Shown here: positions 53,981-64,000 of the stretch, in pieces
Numbering within the stretch: the stretch's first letter is position 1
Layout of the letters: each line of letters starts with the position of its first letter
Source of the DNA: Octopus vulgaris
Lineage: Eukaryota
Length of the DNA stretch: 64,000 nt
Reading direction: 5' to 3'
Assembly: GCA_951406725.2 (NCBI GenBank)
Contig: OX597817.1
Coordinates: forward strand, 41,602,001 to 41,666,000
Translations under genes and position numbers: made by a program
The notes under the pieces: model-generated
Told to the model about the DNA's origin: nothing
Database searches by the model: none
What the model saw: only the letters and a program-made list of their open reading frames with translations

Positions 53981-54302
53981 CAATTGCAGCGTGGAAGGTG
54001 TTTATAAGCCATTTAAGAAACACACAAAAGCCGTTCAATTCACTTCAACATTTAAGTTTAATTTGTCAAAATATTTTCGGCGCTAAAATCCGCGACCTGT
54101 TCACTGACAAAAATCCGTGGAACAGGTCGCGGATTTTAGCGACGAAAATATTTTGACAAATTAAACTTAAATGTTGAAGTGAATCGAACGGCTTTTGTGT
54201 GTTTCTTAAATGGCTTATAAACACCTTCCACGCTGCAATTGTTTTCGTTTTCAGCACACGATCTCAGATCAAATTACTTGCTATGCGAGTACATCTCCGT
54301 AA
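53981..54302. mobile_element. Young hairpin insertion, probable Penelope-like inverted pLTR pair, 13-bp TSD
   Basis: Inverted arms 53979-54102 / 54120-54243 (2 mismatches by eye), 17-nt spacer, right arm extended by ~60 bp; catagaaaatcaa duplicated at 53968-53980 and 54303-54315. Confidence 0.8.
54062..54111 (-). ncRNA. Candidate minimal type I hammerhead ribozyme with G3-C8 core variant
   Basis: Minus strand UUUGUCA GUGAACA G GUCGC ggauuuua GCGCC GAAA AUAUUU UGACAAA: 7-bp helix I, helix II (perfect GUCGC/GCGAC in the other arm), GAAA, palindromic helix III. Confidence 0.6.
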
Positions 54303-55806
54303 CATAGAAAATCAATCATTTATAAAAAAAAAAACTGCTAACATAACATACTTTATCTCCATAAAGATACTAAACTAATGATTAATTGTAAGGGTAGGTG
54401 ATCAGCCTCTGACAAGCTGTTTCTACTTTTAATATTTCAATTCTTGAAGTCTTACACCACAGATCAGCCATCATCATATCTTGAACCACATGAAACTGCA
54501 TTTTAAATGTTGTTGTTGTTGAATAAGCATCAAAAACTACAACTTAGCATTTTTCTGTGCAAGAAGCGAAGTTTAGCTACCTTTTGAAACTTCCTGTAAA
54601 AAGAATTTCTGTTTGGGCCATGTATGGCTATTTCTTGCATTTTACCAAGTAAAATTCCCCAGATTTTTTTCTTTGATTTTTGAGCTTAATGGTGTTTAAT
54701 ACCTCAAGCATTGAGTGAGAATTTGATAATATCATTTGTTAATGATTTAACTGAAAAAAATTAATGCCCAGGAATCAATATTTTGTCAACATATGTGAAA
54801 ACATGCGTAGTTACTTCACTACATTCAACCTAAATTGGCAGGTCAACGTGACATGACAACAGGTAACCACCACCATCACAATGTGCACCAATGATCATTA
54901 TATTGTCTCAGTAAATTTCATCCAAGTTCTATTTCAGTAACATTTATACTAGCTAGCTGCTTTTTTGTTAAATTTGACCGTTTCTAACAGGACTAAGAGA
55001 TTTACATAGAGAAAACAATACAGGAGTTTAAGAATTGAAGACAAAGCAAAATCTATTTTATTTCCAAAACAAATGATTTAATCCATTCCTATCAAGTAAT
55101 ATCTCTTAAATGTAAATGAAATACAATTTATTGAATTTAGCTGTGTAAAGTCAAAATCACTTAAAGTAATATGATGGCAAATTTCTTATTAATGTGGATG
55201 GTTGGAATATTTTCTTTGTTGGTCTCAAAAGATACTCCTACAGCCAGGATTTACAATTTACTTTAGACAAAGAAAGTGTTGGCTAAGTATTATTCTGTAT
55301 GTTACTTAGTGCTTGTCATGCTTTCTATCCTCTACTATAGTTTCAGTTGAATTTCAAACCTATATCCTTTGGGTAAGTTTGTTGCATGATGTTACCAATT
55401 CTGTTGACTTATCTTAGAAGAACTGTTCATTAAGCTGATCTTTGTATAACTTCTTGAAGTTAACTCAAATTCACTCTATGATATTCAATTCATTATACAA
55501 ATATCCACATAACTTATTATCTATTATCCTGATGACATAACCAGCAAAAGACAGTTGCAGCAGAAGACAAATGCTAAGCAGCTTTGCTCCATTATAAATT
55601 TTCATTGGTCATATAATCTTGCCATCAGATATTGAAAAGTAACCAAAGAATTTTATATTTCCTTCTAAATGCCAATAGAAATACAAATTTAAAACTTGCA
55701 CATAGCTCACACACCATTCTCTTGATAACAATTTAAAACAGGTTGCCAAAAGGTGGAAACATTTAAAACTAACGTCACTAGAATGTGTGCAGCCTATAGA
55801 AATATT

Positions 55807-56025
55807 GGTTTCAAATTTTGGCACAAGGCCAGCAATTTCAGAGTAGAAGGTAAGTCTATTACATAAGTCCCAGTGCTCAACTGGTACTTATTTTATCAAC
55901 CCCAAAAAGAGAAAAGGTAAAGTCAACCTTGGCAAAATTTGAACTCAAAACATAAAGACAGACGAAATATCATTAAAGATTTTGCCCAGCATGCTAATGA
56001 TTCTGCCAGCTCACCATCTTAGTAA
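55807..56025 (-). mobile_element. SINE family B, 11-bp TSD
   Basis: Reverse complement of family B; atagaaatatt at 55796-55806 and 56026-56036. Confidence 0.88.
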
Positions 56026-56659
56026 ATAGAAATATTAACGTGTAAATTTAGTTTCTGATAATATAATATTTGAAGTAATTACAGATGTTTCATCTTTTTT
56101 AGGAGCTACTTTAGCAACACAAGTTCTTGAGACATGTAGTTAATATTATCCACAACCAAGAGTTACTACGGGAGATTGAATAATATTCTCTTGGAATAAT
56201 GAAGTGTCTAGCATAAGAAGAGTATTCAACTGTAAAGCTTTGCTTCAACAAACCTAAGAGTTTAATCCACACAAGCATGGAAAGTGGACATTAAATCAAG
56301 GATTATGAATACATATGCATGCATGCACATAGTAACTCTTCATATTTCATGTGTGCATGAGAAAAAGAAGCAAATGAACAGGAGATAGTAAAGATGATAG
56401 ATGTATATTTAGATAAAAAGAGTTGTGCAGATATAAAATATGGTTGGCTTGGAGAAATTTCGTAAGAGATTTATTTTGCGATTATTTGCAACACCTAAGT
56501 AAAGTATTCAATGGAAGACACAATCCATAAGCCTAAATCTCATAATCTATCTTTTTAAATGTTACAATTGTAGAAAATACTTTCTATACTATTATCTCTA
56601 CTTCTCATTTGAATATAACGATTTGGTTAGTGAAATCCTAGCTTACACTATGTACATAT

Positions 56660-56870
56660 TTGATGTGTGGATACAGCAAACTCTCCCATTGATTTCGATA
56701 TATGAATATGACAAGTCCATACAGTTGTCTGACCAAACTAGATGGCTTTAGCACTGAATTAGCATGCAAGTTGCTGAATATTCCATAGACATATGTACCC
56801 TTAATGTAATTCTCAAATTGAATCAATATGATGTAGTGTGACAAGGATGGACGTTTTAATTACAAGTACA
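56660..56870 (-). mobile_element. SINE family C, decayed 3' half
   Basis: atgtacccttaatgtaattctc..gtgtgacaagg matches 23123-23180. Confidence 0.7.
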
Positions 56871-58451
56871 CCCCATCTGATAGAATTCTATACAATTTCT
56901 CTCTACCAGGCTGCATACATAAGGTCTGGATCCGTTGCAAGACAAGGGAAAAAGTTCATGCCATAAAATGTCAGGGGATTGAAACTAGGACCCCATGTTT
57001 GGCATCAAGTTTTTTTATTCACTCAACTCTGTGTGTGTGTGTGTGTGTGTGCATGTAACATACAATGCACAGCTCCTTGTGAAAGTGCCTTCTATTAAAG
57101 CCCTGCAATGACTGGTCTTTGCAAATAAATGTGCTAGTTGGAAACAACTGTACAAAGCCTATCATGTGTGTGTGTGTGTGTGTGTGCGCGCATGTGCATG
57201 TGTGTGCGTGTGTGTGTGAATGTTTGCATTCTGTGTTGAGCCAGGCTATAGGGCAGTGATGCTTGTTAGCATGTCTTTGTTGACAAATTGTCTGTTAGAT
57301 CTGCACTTTTCAAAGACAAGTGGAATGAAAACTCCTCACTCAAAAACCAGGCGACAGCAATCAGCAGGACACCAATAATGTGAATTCACCTAACTCATAC
57401 TAACAGCGGGGAAACATTAGTAAAACTGAATGAACTCTATAAATAAAGAAAGGCAATTTATTAACAATTATAAACCACAATTAAATATAGACCCAACCAC
57501 AACCAATAAATAAGGACACTTAAAAACAATTTTATACATATTATCATTTTGAAAAAAATACTTCCTATCAATTCCTAAACCTTTTCTCTAAGACATATAT
57601 ATATATATGCCAGCACACACACACACACACACATACATACATACATACACAAAAAAGAAAACATTGCAAAAATACAGATACACACAAACACAAAAGGAAA
57701 CATTGCAAAACAACACACCCACACATACACACAGCTGGTGACCACACACAGGTGGAGACAGAAAATAATACATCTAACCCAAAGGAAAATCCTAATTCTT
57801 TCTTCAACAAGACATATGCACCCAGCAACTCACAGCTGGTCATTTTCCAAACATATTGAAAGGATATTCAACACAATACACACACACACAGGTGGACATA
57901 AAACCTACTCAATAAATGCTTTTTAGCCACTCCCTTGGCAGGAACACACAAAGATTTTTTTTTAGACAATAGACAACTACCCCCCTTCTCTCATTCTCTA
58001 ACACTTTGAACTTAAACTATATTTCAGGAAGACTTCAACAAAAAATCTTCAGACATGTTCTTGACCCCCAGTCAGAAGATGAACAGTTTTTACTTCAATT
58101 TTTTATAGATTTTTACTGATATTTGATAAGATGAGATGAGATTCATTGAAACAGGTTATGTTTTCTTCATATAACTTTTTAAATCATTTTTATTGAATTC
58201 CCTCTTAAATTGAAACTTACTTCTGTGCTATTTCCACCAGTGAGAAGCCTCAAATGATATCAAATTTTTTGAAACACCCTGTATATATAAATTCTCTCAA
58301 TCAGTCCCTAGCAGCTGATGATGTGGCCATGTCATATACGCCAATTAAATTTTGAGACATGTGGAAGTGAATCAAACTCATTAAAAATATATGTAATTCC
58401 TACTAAATTTCTTGAATGCTACTTTCCTTTATACACTCTCATATATATATA

Positions 58452-58700
58452 TCATCATCATCGCTTAATGTCCGCTTTCCATGATAGCATTGGTTGGATG
58501 ATTTTGACTGAGGGCTGGCGAACCAGATGGCTGCACCAGGCTCCAATCTTGATCAGGCAGAGTTTCTACAGCTGGATGCCCTTCCTAATGCCAACCACAC
58601 AGAGAGTGTAGTGGGTGCTTTTTATGTGCCACAGGCACGGGGCCAGTCAGGCGGTACTGGCAACAATCTCGCTTGAATCTCTTTACACGTGCCACCGGCA
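58452..58700 (-). mobile_element. Family F retroposon
   Basis: Colinear with 28030-28270. Confidence 0.85.
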
Positions 58701-59243
58701 CATATATACATATATATGTGTGTGTGTTGGAGCAAATAGGAAAAATAGAACTCAAAATATGAGTATATGTTTATCATTATTAATATTTAGCAGAAGCAAA
58801 AGAATGACTCAAGGTCAGATGGCTTTATGCGTTGGAAACTCTTGGACCTTGTGTCACTCTGTTGCTTAAGCCATCATATATATATGAAAGAGATGGGATA
58901 TGAGTCACTGTTGAAGAAATATAGGTTGTTTAGACTATCCCATTCTTGTCCAAAATGTAAATATGAGTAGTGTGATCATGTAAAGCAGTGAGAAGTCTAC
59001 TCCAAGTGTAAAAGACCTTCAATTTCTAAATTAAGATAGGCAATATGATCTTATAATACAACAAACTAAAAGCAAGAATCAATCAATATAATCACTAAAG
59101 TTCGACAAGTGAAGTAGTGACTAACATCAGTAAGAATCAATTGAGTACAGAACAAAGATTGAGTTGCTGTGGGGTAAGAAATAAGTGCAAAAGAATTGAT
59201 CAGGAAATTGAATATCAACATATTGGTCTACATACTTAAGAGA

Positions 59244-59245
<2 letters not shown>

Positions 59246-59317
<72 letters not shown>

Positions 59318-59653
59318 CATGTATGTATGTATGTATGTATGTACATGTATATATGTGTATATATAAATGTATATATTTATATATGTGTGTATGTATATAT
59401 ATATATATATATGTATGTATGTACATGTATATATGAGTATATATAAATATATACATTTATATATATGTGTGTATATATATATACATATATGTATGTATGT
59501 ACATGTATATATGTGTATATATAAATGTATATATTTATATATATGTGTGTATATATATATATATATATGTGTGTATATATATATATATGTGTGTGTATAT
59601 ATATACATATATGTATGTATGTACATGTATATATATAAATGTATATATTTATA

Positions 59654-59702
<49 letters not shown>

Positions 59703-59935
59703 GTATGTACATGTATATATGTGTATATATAAATGTATATATTTATATATATATATATATATGTATGTATGTACATGTATATATGTGTATATATAAATGT
59801 ATATATATTATATATATATATATATATGTATGTATGTACATGTATATATGTGTATATATAAATGTATATATTTATATATATATATATATGTATGTATGTA
59901 CATGTATATATGTGTATATATAAATGTATATATTT

Positions 59936-60006
<71 letters not shown>

Positions 60007-60133
60007 GTATATATATATATGTATATATATATATGTATATATATGTATGTATATATATATATGTATATATATATATGTGTGTGTGTATATATATGTATAC
60101 ACACACACACACAATCATCATCATCATCATCAT
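59246..60133. repeat. ~0.9-kb higher-order TA/TATG microsatellite-minisatellite array
   Basis: Recurring unit tatgtatgtacatgtatatatgtgtatatataaatgtatatattta; ends in (CA)n(CAT)n. Confidence 0.95.
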
Positions 60134-60675
60134 GTGCAGTGCAAAAATGCACTGTTTTTATGCCTTTGTCTGGAGGAGGAATGGTGCCTCTGACTGCGCA
60201 GGCCCTCTGAGACTGGTGAAGTCAGTATGGTTGATTTTTCCAGCTTGAAAATCGATAGCTCAATAACCTCTGGGGAAATGTTGGTGTGGAGAAAATTCTA
60301 AGGGAACGATATTCTGAGAGAGAAAGATTTGGTAAAAAAAAAAACAAAACAGTTAGAGTAGAGTTTGGGTGGTGAGACAGCAGGAATAATTAGAAGAGAG
60401 AGATGGGTGTTTCAAGTTGGTCTTGGAGAAGGTGATATGCAAGTTCCTGGGGTCAGTATAGTAGTAAGATAGGTCACTATGGACCTAAAGTTGTTTTGTG
60501 TTGCAGAGTCTTTGTTAATCAGTCAAAAGTATGAAATGTGTGTAGTAGTAGTAGTAGTAGTAGTAGCAGCAGCAGTTCTGTTCCAGATGTACAAGTACTA
60601 CAAGTCTTTTTTTTTGTTTTTAAGCTTTACAGGGAGTCTCCAATTGATCACCATCATCAACCCCTGAACATTACT

Positions 60676-60906
60676 GCCTTGAGTCCTGGGACTCAGAGAG
60701 AGAGTTACACAGTTTCCATGGAAATCACTGTATCTCTCTGCTGAATGGGATGTCAGTCCATAACAGGGTAATTCATTTACAGGTGAGTGAATTGGAGCAA
60801 CATGAAATGAAGTGTGTCACTCACAAGAGGCACAACACACCATTTGATCCAGGAATTGCAACCACAATCTTGTGACTGTAAAGGTGACACCCTAACCACT
60901 AGGCCA
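60676..60906 (-). mobile_element. SINE family D
   Basis: ccctaaccactaggcca head; gagtgaattggagcaacatgaaatgaagtgtgt body. Confidence 0.75.
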
Positions 60907-61079
60907 AATTGATTAGAGCCGAAATATTTTTCTGGTCCTGTAGAGCAAGCAGAGTCTTTAGGAAGCAGATTTAATCACAGGATGTATTTGGGATAACAAG
61001 GAGAAAATCAGAAATTTTGAGGTTTAGCTTTCATGGAAATTTAGTGAGTTGTCTATAATGACAATTACCACCAAACAAG

Positions 61080-61456
61080 AGCTAGGATTATGTCAAACTG
61101 AATCTACCACCTATCTTTGATCCTTCTTTATCATCCAAAAGCTGGAACAGCTTGAATGGGAAATGATGCCCCACCCACCAACTAATTACCATTTATTCTG
61201 CAGTCTTCAAAATCATTTGGATGGAAAAAATATAGATTCTGTAGACAAGGACGGAACAGTACTGAAGGAGTATTTTTCAACACGGACAAGTGAATTTTAG
61301 AAGAAGGGCTTTGCAAATCTACCAGATAGATGGAAGAGCATTCTAGAAAATGAAGGAGAGCATATTTTAGATTAAAAAAGAACTCTGTTTATCTTAATTT
61401 TGAAGAATGAAAGAAGTATAAAAAAACCCACATTATTTATGGGATGACCCAATATA
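61080..61456 (+). mobile_element. Decayed mariner transposon, 3' end with TIR
   Basis: QKLEQLEWEMMPHPP..YHLFCSLQNHLDGK..EYFSTRTSEF*KKGFANLPDRWKSILENEGEHILD* is a mariner transposase C-terminus; ends tatgggatgacccaata-TA. Confidence 0.9.
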
Positions 61457-61572
61457 TTCATGCTCTGCTGGGTTCCCCACTGCAAAATGATCTGTACTTC
61501 ATTTCCTCAAAACTGTGTCATATTCTTGCAATTCTGTCATATAAAGGGCAGTTATTATGATGATGATGATGG

Positions 61573-61611
<39 letters not shown>

Positions 61612-62620
61612 ATGTAGCAGTTCTGTCCCAGACATGTGAGTACTACAAGTCTTTTTTTGTTTTTAAGCTTTACAGGGAGTCTCCAATTGATTACCATCAT
61701 CAACCCCCTGAACATTACTATCTAAATGCAATGAATCTCTCTGGATGATCAGGTATTTCCTTTTTTTCATCTGTCCACCAACACTAATGCTGGTAGATAG
61801 AGAAAGTAAATAAAAATCAAATAGATAAAGTATTAGGCTGGTAGCTTAACATGAATGAGAGATAACATAAATTAAGATTCAGAAAATTGGTGACATAAAT
61901 TCACAGCTTAATGAATCTAGCCAGTATGGAGAAGCAGATATTACATAATAATGACAAACAAGTTTCAACAAAGAGTACATTGAGAAGAATTAGGGCATAA
62001 CTAGCAAAAGGAACATTAAACAGAAGAGAGAAACAACAGTGATCAACATTTATCTCTATAAATGTGTAATAAAACGATTATTTTATGGAGAAGGATTTAT
62101 TTTTATCACTTAAATGCTCTTACATTAACATAAAGCACAAAATGGAAAACACTTTCAACGTTTAATTATCTCTGTTAGCCTATGCAGTTGAAGTATTTTA
62201 TGCAACCTAACATCCAATAAACCATCTTCAAATATTTTTGTAAGTTTTCAGTAAATTTTATCCTAAAGATCTATGAAACTCAATGTCGCTAGAGTTGGCA
62301 TTTTAGTAAATATCGAGTTAATCTTGTTAAAGCTAAGCTTTCTTTTTATCTTATATTATGAGACTTAAATAATGAAAAAGTATTAAAATCATTAAATGCA
62401 ATTAAATTTAAAATGATTTAAGATACATAAATGGGAAAATAATGCACAATTTATAACGAGTCTTTGTTTTGTTTTTTTTTTCCAGCTGGCAAAATTAGTG
62501 ATAAGCTTGAGGAACATAAAGAGAAATTGACACATTTAAGCACCTATTATGAATTGCAATTTCTTAGTAAAAACCGAAACAATTACACAGCTTAACAAAA
62601 GCCAATCTATGACAATAATA

Positions 62621-63012
62621 CCTCTCTTTTCTCTTATCTTTTACTTATTTCAGTCATTTGACTGCGGCCATGCTGAAGCACCACCTTTAGTCGAGCAAAT
62701 CGACCCCAGAACTTATTCTTTGGAAGCCTAGTACTTATTCTATCGGTCTCTTTTGCCAAACCGCTAAGTTACGGGGACGTAAACACACCATCATCGGTTG
62801 TCAGGCAATGTGGGGGGGTGGGAGCAAACATATATACACACATACATATATATGACGGACTTCTTTCAGTTTCTGTCTACCAAATCCACTCACAAGGCTT
62901 TGGTCGGCCCGCAGCTATAGTAGAAGACACTTGCCCATGGTGCTACGCAGTGGGAATGAACCCAGAACCATGTGGTTGGTAAGCAAGCTACTTACCACAC
63001 AGCCACTCATGC
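62621..63012 (-). mobile_element. SINE family A, full-length young copy
   Basis: Reverse complement of 37395-37805. Confidence 0.95.
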
Positions 63013-63364
63013 TTTAAATTATTTTAAATTTCTGGTATTTTTAAGAGTTCTGAATTCAGCGAGGCGTGTGTGTGTGTGCATGTGATTATTTATGTATTTT
63101 TCTTAAGATATTCATAATGGCTAACCTAGTAAACCAGGACAAACTTGCTGCCAATCATAACATAATTTAGGAGGTATTGTCAAGATAGCCAAATTGTGTC
63201 AGAATTGGCAACAGTTCAGTCACCATGGGTGAGATTTAAGCAATAGTAAACATTTGATCCAATATATCTTTATACAAACAACCATATACAATAGACAGAA
63301 GTTTTCATTGATGATTACAACTGAATGGTATCACTAGTATGATTAGTAAGATGGTGAGTTTTAC

Positions 63365-63612
63365 TGACAAATGTTGTCCCATGTCAAGACAGGGAGTCAG
63401 CATCACTACCACAACAACAACAGCACACACACACACACACACAGAGGCATATGATGGAATTCTTTCAGATTCTGTCTTCCAAATCCACTCAGAAGGCTTT
63501 GGCCAACCTAGGACTATATTAGAAGACACTTGTCCAGGTGCCACACACATGCACTGGAACTGAATCCAAAACCATGTAGGTGACAAGTAGACTTCTTAAC
63601 CACACTGGCATG
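63365..63612 (-). mobile_element. SINE family A, 5' half
   Basis: ccaaatccactcagaaggctttggccaacc..agaagacacttgtccaggtgccac..cttaaccacac. Confidence 0.85.
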
Positions 63613-64000
63613 TCGTTTCTGTCAACTGTACATCCTTGTTATATATTTACTACACAACTGTAGACCAAACCAAGATTTACTAATGCAACACTAAATACGT
63701 GTGTGTGTATGTATGTGTGTGTACAGAGGATACAGAGAAAAAGAATTCATGTCGTTCCAATTTATGGCTCAAACATTTACTCGGGGTGTGTTTCATAATA
63801 TTTACTACAAACACCAAATCATGCAGGTTGAGTTAATATATGTTGAGTTAATACATGCCAACTGAGAAATAGCATTGCTAGGTAAGGCTGGCTGACACTT
63901 AAGCAGCATCGTTGATTAAAAAGTAGGCCAAGGTAGCGATCTCATTCATAGCATGCCCTCCTCCTGGTTTTAAGGCTTGTACCACCAAAGAGCTAGTTGG

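Noticed and set aside
53959-54257. Mirror-image ORFs on both strands
   Set aside because: A consequence of the palindrome, not coding
59228-60133. 301-aa ORF and overlapping Y/I/H/T-rich ORFs
   Set aside because: Stop-free translation of TA/TATG microsatellite; same cause for the ORFs at 52898-53403 and 22195-22557

Overview
AT-rich, repeat-dense eukaryotic DNA, very probably from an octopod cephalopod (Octopus-like), judged from its tRNA-headed SINE families and abundant TA/CA microsatellites. No intact protein-coding gene or convincing multi-exon structure was found. The ORF track is almost entirely microsatellite read-through, SINE sequence or decayed transposon ORFs, so the window looks like a long intron or intergenic DNA. 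It contains several modular SINE families and relics of RTE LINEs, a HERO-type non-LTR element, a Gypsy pol, and piggyBac and mariner transposases, plus Helitrons and MITEs. The most notable signal is a young, TSD-flanked 124-bp-arm hairpin insertion (53981-54302) resembling a Penelope-like inverted pLTR. It carries a minimal hammerhead-ribozyme fold with a swapped G3-C8 core pair. Other signals: further decayed hammerhead-bearing foldbacks, a HERO 3' end flanked by a ~125-bp duplication, and unproven minus-strand microexon and recursive-splice-site candidates. SINE family letters (A-F) are my own labels. Coordinates of decayed elements are approximate.
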